From: a virus
Reading direction: 5' to 3' (one strand)
Virus record (IMG/VR): IMGVR_UViG_3300032053_000058
Location: 4,476 to 68,475 of that record
DNA length: 64,000 nt
Part shown: positions 9,380 to 19,574 of the stretch, one piece after another
Layout of the letters: each line of letters opens with the position of its first letter
Numbering within the stretch: the first letter of the stretch is position 1
Translations under genes and position numbers: made by a program
Notes under the pieces: generated by a model
The model's input: the letters and a program-made list of their open reading frames with translations, nothing else
Databases searched by the model: none
What the model was told of the DNA's origin: nothing

Positions 9380-9954
9380 TCCGCCGTATTTTCTTAGACT
9401 TAGATGACGTGTGCAACACACTTGCGATGTACGTATTGCATATCCGGGGCATCAACATCAGCCCGACTGACTACGCCGAGTTCCCGGTTGAGTGCGGCTA
9501 TGATGTTGTAGCCGCCGCCAATCGGTTGGGCGCACAGCAATACACGATCCCGGATTTCTGGGGGACCGTCACGCGGAAGCAATGGGCGGCCGTGCCCGAG
9601 ACTGATTTCTTTCCTTGGTTGCTGACTGCTTGCGAGCGTCTTGTAGGTCGGGAGAACATCTGCATCGCTACGTCACCCACGAAGGCCCCGGACTCTCTGG
9701 CAGGCAAGTTAGAGTGGATTCATGCCCACTTTCCGCCGTGGATGCACCGGCAGTATGCTATCACGCCGCGCAAATACCTCTTCGCCCGACCAGATGCGCT
9801 ACTGATCGACGACAATTCCGATAACATCGACACCTTCATCCAAAATGGGGGACAAGGCTTGCTTGTGCCCCGTCCCTGGAACGTTTATGCCGATTGTGAC
9901 GCTAAGGCCCATCTTGAAAGATTCCTGGTCCAAAGACTCCGCGATGTCGCTTAG
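9376..9954 (+). CDS. HAD-family 5'(3')-deoxyribonucleotidase
   Basis: IFLDLDDV, ATSP, GK.EWI, K.LFA...ALLIDD, VPRPWN. Confidence 0.85.
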   Translation: MIRRIFLDLDDVCNTLAMYVLHIRGINISPTDYAEFPVECGYDVVAAANRLGAQQYTIPDFWGTVTRKQWAAVPETDFFPWLLTACERLVGRENICIATSPTKAPDSLAGKLEWIHAHFPPWMHRQYAITPRKYLFARPDALLIDDNSDNIDTFIQNGGQGLLVPRPWNVYADCDAKAHLERFLVQRLRDVA

Positions 9955-10129
9955 ATACGTATGGACGGCTATGAAGTTGAATACATTCCGGCAAGTTGGG
10001 TCGAGCGGGCGTGCGCCTGTCCGGGATTGGTTGTTTACAGTCGTCCTATCATCGTTAAACGACGTGTCAACATTCGCCGGTCCAGTGACCGCATTGAAAA
10101 ACTACTGCTGACTCTCTTGGAGACTCCTA

Positions 10130-11224
10130 ATGCGACGTGAGTTCTTGCAATTGGCCGAAACCTTTGAGCCAGCCAAACACGATGTCGGTGGCTGGGTTAT
10201 CAGCGAGAAATTGGATGGTACACGTTGCTTCTGGGACGGCGGCCTTAGTCGTGGGGTGCCCACTGAGCAAGTCCCGTGGGCGAGTATCACGGACCCCAAG
10301 ACCGGCGGCCGAAAAGCGAAGATCAAGCCGGTCGCCACGGGTCTATGGTCGCGTTACGGCAATCCCATCATCGCCCCGGAATGGTTCTTGAATCAACTCC
10401 CCGCTTGCCCTCTGGACGGCGAATTGTGGGCGGGTCGGGGTCAGTTTCAACTCTGCCGGTCGATTTGTGCGGGTGACATCGCCGACGAACGATTCGACAA
10501 GATTGTTTATGCCGTTTACAGCAGTCCTTCGTTGACTACAGTTTTCGGCACGGGAGAGATCAAGAACGCCAACATGGTGGCCGGAATCGACTACCTGCGC
10601 ATCGAAGATTGGATCAAGCAACGTCGCAAGCGATTTGGACGTGACTTCCAGTATCTTCCGCCGGGTGCCACCTTCCACGATGAAATGAACTTCCTTGCAG
10701 GTGCTCTGGATACCCAATTGTCACCGTGCTACATGCACCGGCAGACTCAATTGGTAGGCAACAATTTTGCCGCGAATGTCCAACTTCACGCCACTTTGGA
10801 TGCAATCTTGCTGGAAGGCGGTGAGGGCGTTGTACTTCGCAACCCGCAAGCCATCTGGACGCCAAAGCGGCACCGGGGCATCCTCAAGTACAAACCTTTC
10901 CACGATGCGGACGCGATTCTTACCGGCTTCACGGCCGGTCGAGAAACGGACAAAGGCAGTCGCTTGCTCGGTAAAATCGGTGCTTTGGTCGTAAACTACA
11001 AGGGCAAACGCCTGGAATTGGCGGGCCTAACGGACGCCGAGCGAGAGTTTGTCAACGCCGACATGGTAGCCAATGCCACGGCCCACCCCGGTCAAGAGTT
11101 GAAAGGTTGCCTTGCAGGCAAGTGTTTCAAGATCGGACAGACCGTGACGTTCAAGTATCGTGAACTGAGTGACGACGGCATCCCGAAAGAAGCCCGTTAT
11201 TGGCGGCGAAGGGGTGTGGAATGA
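10130..11224 (+). CDS. ATP-dependent DNA ligase
   Basis: SEKLDGTR.FWDG, LDGELW, EGVVLR, LKYKP, C-terminal OB fold TFKYRELSDDGIP. Confidence 0.92.
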   Translation: MRREFLQLAETFEPAKHDVGGWVISEKLDGTRCFWDGGLSRGVPTEQVPWASITDPKTGGRKAKIKPVATGLWSRYGNPIIAPEWFLNQLPACPLDGELWAGRGQFQLCRSICAGDIADERFDKIVYAVYSSPSLTTVFGTGEIKNANMVAGIDYLRIEDWIKQRRKRFGRDFQYLPPGATFHDEMNFLAGALDTQLSPCYMHRQTQLVGNNFAANVQLHATLDAILLEGGEGVVLRNPQAIWTPKRHRGILKYKPFHDADAILTGFTAGRETDKGSRLLGKIGALVVNYKGKRLELAGLTDAEREFVNADMVANATAHPGQELKGCLAGKCFKIGQTVTFKYRELSDDGIPKEARYWRRRGVE

Positions 11225-11506
11225 GTCTGTTGTTATTGGTCTGTTTCTGCCTCCTATTCGGGCGACCGTCCGATTTATGGTGGCTACTCCTTTGGTGGAT
11301 TATTTTCAAATGAGATGGTCTAGTATTCGTCTGGCAGATCGTGCTCTCGTCACTCGCCGCCGGTTTTTATGGTGGCCTTTGACCATTAAAAGCAAATCGG
11401 GCACAGAAATACGGTGGCTCGAAGTCGCTGAAATCGAGTACCGATACCACCATTCGTCAATTTTCCCACTTGAAGGTTGGTGGGATGTTGTGAGGTTCGT
11501 GAACCC

Positions 11507-11701
11507 ATGAGCACACTGATTCTCATTATTGTTGTCGTCTTCCTGGTTGGGGCACTTCTTCTCGCACTGATGGAAGCATCAGGCGGATACGTAGGCGACG
11601 GTAGCATGGTCCCCGGTTGTTTGGGAATCATGGTCCTGGTGGTGGGTGTTGTACTTGCCGCTGGATTTCTTTCAGGACATTGGGGAGTGTGGATGCGATG
11701 A
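11507..11701 (+). CDS. Small two-TM membrane protein
   Basis: Two hydrophobic stretches; ATGA coupling with neighbours. Confidence 0.55.
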   Translation: MSTLILIIVVVFLVGALLLALMEASGGYVGDGSMVPGCLGIMVLVVGVVLAAGFLSGHWGVWMR

Positions 11702-12217
11702 ATTTCGAGCCACGACAACTTGTTGAGGTTTTGTACGACCTATACCGAAACACGTACCTCATGTGGCAACCCCTTGTGGCCGCCCTTCTCGTGCGATTGA
11801 TTACCAGTGGGTTGGCATCGGGCACCGCGCCGTCACATTACCAATCCATTGTGCGTCCTGTGTCCTGGACTCACCGATTCTTTGCTGCCCTGAATTGGGT
11901 GGCAACCTGGCTCCTTGTGGGCATCATTCTAACCATCGTCTCCATTTCTGTGAGGTATTGATGACCACCTACCAACTGATTCAGATGATGGCGAATCGAC
12001 ACTTCTTCTTTGAGTGTGGTCCGCATGAAGGATGCAGCGGATTCTATGCCATTTTCTACAAGAAGCCGCCTATACGTCCAGCCGTCTTCATGTGGTCATC
12101 GTGCGGTCATGGTTTGACACTTCATCGGGCCATCATTATGGCCGTGAAGATTGCCACCGGCCGCACGATCCACGTTCCGCCAATCGAAACTTTTGCCACC
12201 TTTGGGTCCAAACGCCA

Positions 12218-12955
12218 ATGACCATTCGCAACCCGAAACAAGAAGGCACGCCATTCTACGACTGCATCCCGCAGATCGGGCCGTGCCCAATGAACTGTAA
12301 CCAATGTTTTTACAACCGTCCGGGTGCATACTACGTGCCCATCGACAAACCGCATATTCCAACACCCGAAGAAGTAGGTGACGGCATCGTGCGAATGAAT
12401 TGCGGCAATGACAGCAACAATCAACGCGACCTAGTGATTGAAACCACCAAACAATACAAGCATTTCTTCTTCAACACCAGCATCGCACGGTATGACTTTC
12501 CTGGTCCAGTGGTCCTGACGGCCAATCCCAAGGAAGAAGACGAACAGCATTATATCAGGCCAATTTGGCACCGCGATGGTTGGTATTCACCCGCTCGCAA
12601 TCTGATGTTTGTCCGTTTGCGGACCAGTGCTACGAATCTGTCCCTGGTGGATAAGGCGGTTGCCGCCTGGACAATTGCTCATGTGCCAGTGGTTATCACC
12701 TTCATGGCCTATTATGACCATCAACCACTGGTGCCTGCCGACCTGACCTTTGAGGGTGAATGTTACGAGTGGCGGGTCCGTCACATCAATTCGTATTGGT
12801 GCCCGACCAAAGAGTTCATGCGTTGGATCATGTCACGTTATGCGGACAACCGCTTGGTGAGTATGTGTAGTAGCATCAACTCGGCCTACTGCCGGGACTG
12901 CCGCAACTGCGAAACCCACTATCTCCAAACCATGAAACGGTTGAGGGGCGAATGA
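12218..12955 (+). CDS. Radical SAM-like protein
   Basis: CPMNCNQCFY (CxxxCxxC) near the N-terminus and a second CxxCxxC cluster at the C-terminus. Confidence 0.65.
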   Translation: MTIRNPKQEGTPFYDCIPQIGPCPMNCNQCFYNRPGAYYVPIDKPHIPTPEEVGDGIVRMNCGNDSNNQRDLVIETTKQYKHFFFNTSIARYDFPGPVVLTANPKEEDEQHYIRPIWHRDGWYSPARNLMFVRLRTSATNLSLVDKAVAAWTIAHVPVVITFMAYYDHQPLVPADLTFEGECYEWRVRHINSYWCPTKEFMRWIMSRYADNRLVSMCSSINSAYCRDCRNCETHYLQTMKRLRGE

Positions 12956-13790
12956 CCATACGTGAAGCAGTCAAAGAAATCGACGCTGTATTCGGGAACG
13001 GATTTGCCAAAGCAAATCCGAGTCTCGTCGGAAGTGTTTTACAGGCTGACGCCTTGAAGGAAATCGACAAGACGTTTGTGGAAGCCATTGAAAACATTGT
13101 CGCCGGGGCCGGAAAGGTCAATTTAGCGTCTTTGGTTTCGAGTCTTCTCAAATGAATCCCACGGTTGTTGACATAGTTCTGGAAACCTGGTGTCCACATG
13201 AAGATATTATCGGTTGTTTGGCTTCTTGCCTTGAACTTTCTGGCCTTTGCAGCCGTGAGTCGGCTTTTCGAGCAATATCACCGTCTGCTCCCTTACATCC
13301 TGTGTATTGCGTTGGGCCTGACAACGGGCCTTGCAGTGCGCTACGTCAGCGAGGATTGAACATGCTCAGTATCGAACAAGACGTTGCCGTTGGAACCCAG
13401 AACTTAGGCCCTGGCCTCAACCTGACTGATCTACCCGACCTGGCAGCGGGCCGCCTGCGGGTCTGGCAACTCATGCGTGACTTGCAATGGCACACGGTTC
13501 CCGAGATGCACACTGCCGCTGGCACAGATGGACCGGCCTTGCAGGGCGACCGTCGCTGGCGGGAAGTCCGGGCCGTTCTCAAGCATCATGGTTACGGCTG
13601 GGAAAAGCGCATCTGTGATGGTGCGAAACGTCTTTGGGAGTACCGATTGGTGCCGCCATGCACGGACTAACGATTCAGATTTCCAAGACTGCGAACGGGT
13701 TGCAAGATTACGTACAGATTACCGCGCCCGATCAGGTCTCTCTGAACATCGTCTTGATCGCTGACAAAATCAACATCCAGGACAGTCGAA

Positions 13791-14867
13791 ATGAGCAACA
13801 TCAATGTGAGCATCGAGCAGGTCGCCGAGGTCGTCGCGCATCCTAATGCCGACCGATTGGAGATCGTCAAGATTCTTGGCACGCAGACGATTGTGCCCAA
13901 GGGCGAATACAAGGTGGGCGACCGCGTGGTCTTCTTCCCGCCCGACATCTTACTCCCTCCGGCTGTCTCCGAGAAACTAGGCATCCAGAAGTACCTCAAA
14001 GGGTGCATGTTGGGTGGCTTGAAGTTGCCTTGCCGGGTAGCTGCCTGTCGTTTGCGCGGCACCCCGAGTTATGGATTCATTATCCGTGCCGAGGGTAATG
14101 AACCCCTTGGAACGGATGTATCAGCCGACTTCGGGGCCGAGAAATATGAGCCACCAGTCAGTTCAATGGATCGTCGCCGCTTCAATGGTGACTGCGCCAC
14201 CGATCATTCGACATTCCACAAGTACACGGACATCCAAAACTACTACCGGTATGCGTCGGCTTTGCCTGACGAGACCCCCGTGCGCATCACTGAGAAAATC
14301 CACGGGACCAATAGCCGTGTTGGCTACGTCCGCACAGAAGCAGGCGGCTATGTGTTCATGGGCGGTTCGCACAAGACGAACCGCAAAGAGTTCGATGTGG
14401 CGGGCAATCGGTCGCTTTACTGGCGACCCCTGGCGTCCAACATGCTTGGGATGCTGGTGGCCTTGAGTGGGGACAAACATGATGTCATCGTGTTTGGTGA
14501 GTTGTTCGGTCCTGGCATCCAGGATTTGGACTATGGCGTGGTGCCAGGTGAAGTCGGCTATCAGGTTTTCGACATCACCATTGACGGTCAATACATCGAC
14601 TGGGACGACCTGCAAGCCGCGTGCGAAACACACGGTATTGCTACCGTGCCTTTGTTGTATCACGGTCCTTTCAGTAGATGGGTCTTGGATGCCCATACGG
14701 ATGGTCCCACAACTCTTGGAACCGTGCGGTCCAAGTTCAAGGGACGTGAGGGTGTCGTCGTGACGCCTCTCCATGAGACATGGAGTGACATACTGGGCGG
14801 GCGACTGATCCTCAAGAACAAGTCGGCTGATTATCTCGACCGAAGGGGTGCAGTTGACAATGAGTAG
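13791..14867 (+). CDS. RNA ligase, DRB0094/Rnl2-related family
   Basis: N-terminal HPNADRLE..G.YKVGD.V.F.PPD; TEKIHGTN, FGELFG, FDI, REGVV, LK.KS.DYL. Confidence 0.92.
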   Translation: MSNINVSIEQVAEVVAHPNADRLEIVKILGTQTIVPKGEYKVGDRVVFFPPDILLPPAVSEKLGIQKYLKGCMLGGLKLPCRVAACRLRGTPSYGFIIRAEGNEPLGTDVSADFGAEKYEPPVSSMDRRRFNGDCATDHSTFHKYTDIQNYYRYASALPDETPVRITEKIHGTNSRVGYVRTEAGGYVFMGGSHKTNRKEFDVAGNRSLYWRPLASNMLGMLVALSGDKHDVIVFGELFGPGIQDLDYGVVPGEVGYQVFDITIDGQYIDWDDLQAACETHGIATVPLLYHGPFSRWVLDAHTDGPTTLGTVRSKFKGREGVVVTPLHETWSDILGGRLILKNKSADYLDRRGAVDNE

Positions 14868-15168
14868 TCTCACTCTACGTCAGATCAAGAATGTTGTCCA
14901 CAAGATGGACGACACAATAACACCTGATGATGAAGCCTATCAGGCTGCCGTCATCATGTTGGCCGCCTTGCAGGTTGGCGCGAACATCCGCCGGGTGGCA
15001 CGATTCACTGGCTACCCGATTCGGGAGGTTGCGAGAATCGGTTATTGTCTCCGTGCGAATGGTATCTGGTCCGGGTCCAAAACCAAGTGCGATTGGTTCG
15101 AGAAGGACGGCGGTCTTGCCTTTTGGTTAGATGTCAGTGTTGCCCTTGGTTACATGGAGCGGGTATGA
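14860..15168 (+). CDS. Hypothetical protein, possible HTH
   Basis: Coupled ORF; VARFTGYPIREV segment. Confidence 0.5.
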   Translation: MSSLTLRQIKNVVHKMDDTITPDDEAYQAAVIMLAALQVGANIRRVARFTGYPIREVARIGYCLRANGIWSGSKTKCDWFEKDGGLAFWLDVSVALGYMERV

Positions 15169-15653
15169 AAATCTTCAAGTACAGTCTGCGATTTGTACGT
15201 GGTGTCCTATTGGGCATGTTGATTGCTCTGATTCCTGGCTACCTCTTTGGCGTGATCGGTTACGGATCAACGTATGGTGGCATCGCGGAACAAATGTGGC
15301 TTGATGATTGTATCGCACACGTACACTATCTTCGCGCCAACTGTGATGATCCTGACCTACAAGACGTATTGGATTATACGATCCAACGTTACAATCGAAT
15401 CGGACCTTTCGATATTGCGGTGTGTCGCCTTTGGCAAATGCCCTTTAAGACTCCGGCTATTGCTTGCAACAATCCATTGATTCCTGGCATGTCGGTGGAC
15501 ATTGAAGTGCTCACGTTTCCAATCCACGACGGCGCAATGATCGTGATTCACGAAGCCTTGCATGACTATTTTCCATTCGCCGGGCACAGTCACATTACAC
15601 CCCGCGAAGAAAAATTGGAGGAGTTGTACTATGGTCTCCGACACCTTCGTTGA
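15165..15653 (+). CDS. Membrane-anchored zincin-like metallopeptidase
   Basis: N-terminal TM helix and IVIHEALH (HExxH). Confidence 0.55.
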   Translation: MKIFKYSLRFVRGVLLGMLIALIPGYLFGVIGYGSTYGGIAEQMWLDDCIAHVHYLRANCDDPDLQDVLDYTIQRYNRIGPFDIAVCRLWQMPFKTPAIACNNPLIPGMSVDIEVLTFPIHDGAMIVIHEALHDYFPFAGHSHITPREEKLEELYYGLRHLR

Positions 15654-15963
15654 AGTCACCTGTGACGGGTGCCACGCGATTGAAGTGGTCCAGTTGACCG
15701 CAATCGCCTGCCGAGGTTGGGATGAACGCAACGTTGCAGGTCATCTCAAAAGCATCGGTTGGACCGTCGATGGCGATTTGCACTACTGCGACGAGTGCCG
15801 CCCGAGGAAGAAATGATGGAAGGTTGGGTCTGGTTACTGAACGCAACCAAGAGCCATTACATGGTCGATGGCCGCTCCCTGTGCGGGAAGTGGGCCTATC
15901 TTGGCATTGATTACGAACAACGCCCCGCCAACAACGGGGATTGTGCAACTTGTAGGAAGAAGC

Positions 15964-16608
15964 ATGAACGACACACAGCGAATTGCAGCCGCTCTGGACC
16001 TGGCGGTTCTGAAACCTAATGCCCGCAGTGGAGATGTACTTGGTGCCGCTCGTACAGTGGAAGAGTACAACCTAGCTTCGATCTGTGTGGCACCTTGCAA
16101 TGTACAACTTGCCCGTCTCTACACGAGTCGCGTTTGTGCCGTCATTGGTTTCCCACATGGCAACACTTTGAGTGAAGTCAAACGCATGGAGGCGCATCGC
16201 GCCATCGACTACGGAGTTTGTGAGTTGGACGTGGTAGTAAATTTCGGTCGTTTCTTAGAAGGCAACATCGAAACTTTACGGCCGGAATTGGAAGGAATCG
16301 TTCGTGATGCCCATTCTTGCGGCGTAAAAGTCAAAGCCATCCTGGAAACTTACTACTATAACGGGCAGCAGATTTGGAACGCTTGCCGCGAATGTGTCGA
16401 TGCCGGTGTGGATTGGGTGAAGACTTCAACTGGCTTTGCACCTGGCGGCGCGACACCCGAAGCCGTCAAAATCATGCTTGAAGCCGTTGCTGGACAAGCG
16501 CAAGTCAAGGCCAGCGGCGGTATCAAGACACAGAACGACGCCCTGTTGTACCTGGATTTGGGTTGCACTCGCATCGGGGCAGGTCGTTACAAGGAGTTGA
16601 TCCTATGA
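15964..16608 (+). CDS. deoC: Deoxyribose-phosphate aldolase
   Basis: LD..LKP, VCAVIGFPHG, ELDVV.N, VKAILET, VKTSTGF (Schiff-base Lys), VKASGGIK, RIG. Confidence 0.95.
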   Translation: MNDTQRIAAALDLAVLKPNARSGDVLGAARTVEEYNLASICVAPCNVQLARLYTSRVCAVIGFPHGNTLSEVKRMEAHRAIDYGVCELDVVVNFGRFLEGNIETLRPELEGIVRDAHSCGVKVKAILETYYYNGQQIWNACRECVDAGVDWVKTSTGFAPGGATPEAVKIMLEAVAGQAQVKASGGIKTQNDALLYLDLGCTRIGAGRYKELIL

Positions 16609-17222
16609 GAAAGATGAACCGCTTGGCTCTGAATCGTGGCTACCTTTGTGGAGCGATGGATCGCGTATTGGATGGCGGCATTGGCTGGCGTCAAGACTTG
16701 AAGACCAGTCTGAAAGACTTGAAGGTTCTCTGGCTTGATCCGACGCGCAAACCCATCAATATCGGCGTCGAAGACTTGGAGAATCGTGCCTTGCGGCACA
16801 AGGCCAAACGGGTCGGTGACTTCGAGTTCGTCCGCACGCAAATGAAACAGATTCGTCCTGTCGATCTGCGTCTCGTTGACATCTGCGATTTTATGATTGT
16901 CAACATCGACTTGGATATTCATGCCTGCGGCACCTACGAAGAATTGTACTGGGCCAATCGGATGAAGAAACCTTGCATCCTGCGGGTTGAACAAGGAATC
17001 GAACACACGCCGGATTGGCTCTTCGGCGTACTTCCCTTTGAGATGATCTTCTCAACGTGGGCCGACGTGAAGACATACCTGCGGCATATCGCACATGACC
17101 CTGTAATTGACCGACTCAATCGTTGGTACTTCTTTGACTGGATGGGTGAACATTGTGACCCCAACACTGTCAATATCAAGCGCCAACCGAAGCAACGGTC
17201 AAAACCGAAGGGGAAGAAATGA
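16605..17222 (+). CDS. Nucleoside 2-deoxyribosyltransferase / deoxynucleotide N-hydrolase family protein
   Basis: YLCGAM, WR, DP, DL..V..CD..IV, GT.EEL..A...KKP. Confidence 0.8.
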   Translation: MRKMNRLALNRGYLCGAMDRVLDGGIGWRQDLKTSLKDLKVLWLDPTRKPINIGVEDLENRALRHKAKRVGDFEFVRTQMKQIRPVDLRLVDICDFMIVNIDLDIHACGTYEELYWANRMKKPCILRVEQGIEHTPDWLFGVLPFEMIFSTWADVKTYLRHIAHDPVIDRLNRWYFFDWMGEHCDPNTVNIKRQPKQRSKPKGKK

Positions 17223-17449
17223 GACCAGACACAAGCACTCCAAGACGAACTTTGGTCAAAGCAGTGAGTTGGGAATCGTTCTCAACGCTGGCGACCTTTG
17301 GCCTAGCGTGGTTCATGTTTGGTAGTCTGGAAACGTGTGTAGCATTTGCCGGAGCTAGTTACGTGATGAAGTTGATCCTTTTCTACTACCATGAGAGAGT
17401 GTGGCATCAGATTCCGTATGGCAAGATACATTCGACTGACGCAGGATAA
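17219..17449 (+). CDS. DUF2061-like membrane protein
   Basis: RTLVKAVSW...K.ILFY.HERVW. Confidence 0.75.
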   Translation: MRPDTSTPRRTLVKAVSWESFSTLATFGLAWFMFGSLETCVAFAGASYVMKLILFYYHERVWHQIPYGKIHSTDAG

Positions 17450-17870
17450 GTGCGCCATTGTCAGCGACCGTGATTATAGAACCGTCATGGAATATACCCC
17501 GTGGTATTTCGACGGTAACTATGCCGTTCGTATGACACCGCGACCAAATCGGCGAAAGTTGTATATGCACCGTTTGATCGCACGGTTGCGAGGCGACCCA
17601 TTGAAAATGGAAGTCGATCATCACAACCACAATGGATTAGACAATCAACGCCGAAATTTGAGGCCAGCGACACGCTCACAACAATCACAAAACAGCCGTA
17701 AACAACAACGATCATTGCCTAAAGGCGTCCGTTGGCATACCCGTGACGAGGTATTCACTGCGCAAATTAGTGGCAAACATATCGGGACATACCAAACGGC
17801 TGCGGCTGCACATCGCGCCTATTGCCGCGAAGCACGGCGTTTGTTTGGTGACTTTGCGTGTACTGAGTAG
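17418..17870 (+). CDS. HNH endonuclease with AP2 domain
   Basis: I.LTQ..AIV, YMHRLI, VDH.N.NGLDN.R.NLR.AT.SQ, KGV.W, G.Y...AA..AY...A..LFG.FA. Confidence 0.9.
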   Translation: MARYIRLTQDKCAIVSDRDYRTVMEYTPWYFDGNYAVRMTPRPNRRKLYMHRLIARLRGDPLKMEVDHHNHNGLDNQRRNLRPATRSQQSQNSRKQQRSLPKGVRWHTRDEVFTAQISGKHIGTYQTAAAAHRAYCREARRLFGDFACTE

Positions 17871-17884
17871 ATACAAATGTGAAT

Positions 17885-17998
17885 GGTGCCCGAGGGTGGC
17901 TGTTCGTGTTTCGGTGACGAGCGGCCTGGGTGGGATGTTATGGGCGTGTGGACTAGCGGAGATTATACCGACGCCAGCGAAACACGCAGTAGGGCACC
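17885..17998 (+). ncRNA. Candidate structured RNA (long interrupted hairpin)
   Basis: Intergenic. GGTGCCC/GGGCACC, CTG/CAG, CGTGTTTCG/CGAAACACG and further CG/CGG pairs are nested end to end. Confidence 0.45.
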
Positions 17999-18019
17999 TA
18001 GCTTACAATGGAGATGCGA

Positions 18020-18244
18020 ATGAGAATTACGCAACGTGTGACAAAAGGCCCACGAGTCAAGAGTAAACTCGTTCCTTATCGAAAGTCTCCGACGCTTCGC
18101 GTCAGTCGAAACAAACCGTGCCCTTGCAAGAGTGGCAAGAAATTCAAGCACTGTTGCTTGCCGAAGGTTCAGGTGTTAGAAACACTTTCACCTGGGCTTC
18201 GTCAACAGGCTCTTGTTGAACAGATTCTAGGAAAGCCTCTATGA
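18020..18244 (+). CDS. SEC-C (SWIM) motif protein
   Basis: SRNKPCPCKSGKKFKHCC. Confidence 0.8.
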   Translation: MRITQRVTKGPRVKSKLVPYRKSPTLRVSRNKPCPCKSGKKFKHCCLPKVQVLETLSPGLRQQALVEQILGKPL

Positions 18245-18582
18245 AACCGCTCTTCTACATTGCCCTCTTAGTTGCATTGATCGTGACTGCGGGTTGTCAA
18301 CCAACGCCTGCGCCCAAACCACGCCCACGCCCACGCCCATGCCCGTGCCCTGGTCCGTGTCCCAAGCCGATGGAAATTCAAGAGTCCCAACTGGTCTCGG
18401 ACTTGAGTGACATGCCATTGCCGCCTTTTGATACGACGCCAGTAGCCGTGAAGTCGGCCAAAATGCCGGTATCCGTCGAAGTGCCGGTTGAAGTCATTGT
18501 CTCACCCCTTCCCATAATCACCCCAACGACGGAATCCAATCGCCGTCCCTATGCTCCCTTTTTCCGCCGAGGTCGCAGATGA
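18241..18582 (+). CDS. Pro-rich lipoprotein
   Basis: Signal peptide with lipobox TAGC, then PRPRPRPCPCP. Confidence 0.6.
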   Translation: MKPLFYIALLVALIVTAGCQPTPAPKPRPRPRPCPCPGPCPKPMEIQESQLVSDLSDMPLPPFDTTPVAVKSAKMPVSVEVPVEVIVSPLPIITPTTESNRRPYAPFFRRGRR

Positions 18583-19574
18583 AGTTACCACGTTCCCTTT
18601 CGTATTCGTCGATGTCACTTCTCGAAAAGAATCCCGAGGAGTTTTACATTCGTTACCTTGCCGACAAGGCCGCTCCGCGCACGCCACAAGAACCACCGAT
18701 GGCGGTAGGGTCTTCATTTGATGCGCACGTAAAGGCCGCGCTGGTGGAAACTTTGTTCGGGCAGGTGCCCGAGTTCGAGTTGGCGACCATCTTCGAGTCG
18801 CAGGTCGAATCACAGTGCCGAGACTTTGCCCTGGGTGCAGGTCAATATGTCTTCGAGTGTTACAAACGCTGCGGAGCCTACGGCGACCTATTGACCCTCT
18901 TGCAAAAGTCAGTCGAGCCGCCCCGTTTCGAGTTCAAGGTTGATGGACTGGTTGGCGACGTGCCCTTCACCGGCAAACCTGATTGTCGTTTCGTACTCGA
19001 TTTCGGTGAAGGCCGTATTCAGACAATCCTTGACTGGAAGGTCAAGGGGTTCTGTTCCAAGTATGGAGCATCCCCGACGCCAGGTTACGCTCTTTGCCGG
19101 GATGCCTACCCCGAAGGTGTGAAGGCAAGTCGCAGCCACGGGACAGAACACAACAAGTACCTGGGCCATTCCTTCCGGGGTCTGGTCATCAATGCCGGGT
19201 ACATGGAAACCTGCTCGACGGAATATGCTGACCAACTTTGCCTCTATGGCTGGTTGCTCAAAGAGACGCCAGGCGACGAGAACGTGGTCTGTTGCATCGA
19301 AGAGATCGTCAGCAAGTATATGGGCGATCAGCGCCCATTGCTTCGAGTCGCCAATCACAAAGGACGTGTTAAGTCCGAATACCAGTTGGCTCTGGTCGCC
19401 CGCGTGAAAGCGTGTTGGCAGCGTATCACCAGCGGCTACCTCTTCCCGGAGATGCCACGCGAAGACAGTGACGCTCGATGCCAAATTCTCGACAAAACCG
19501 GCGAGGGTCTGTTATCAGACGGCACCGGTCGTGACGAGTTTTTCAGCCAAGTAACTCGTGCAACAAGGTGGTAA
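18579..19574 (+). CDS. PD-(D/E)XK exonuclease (RecB/Cas4-like)
   Basis: LSYSS.....P..FY..Y, GKPD, ILDWK, Y..QL.LY. Confidence 0.75.
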   Translation: MKLPRSLSYSSMSLLEKNPEEFYIRYLADKAAPRTPQEPPMAVGSSFDAHVKAALVETLFGQVPEFELATIFESQVESQCRDFALGAGQYVFECYKRCGAYGDLLTLLQKSVEPPRFEFKVDGLVGDVPFTGKPDCRFVLDFGEGRIQTILDWKVKGFCSKYGASPTPGYALCRDAYPEGVKASRSHGTEHNKYLGHSFRGLVINAGYMETCSTEYADQLCLYGWLLKETPGDENVVCCIEEIVSKYMGDQRPLLRVANHKGRVKSEYQLALVARVKACWQRITSGYLFPEMPREDSDARCQILDKTGEGLLSDGTGRDEFFSQVTRATRW

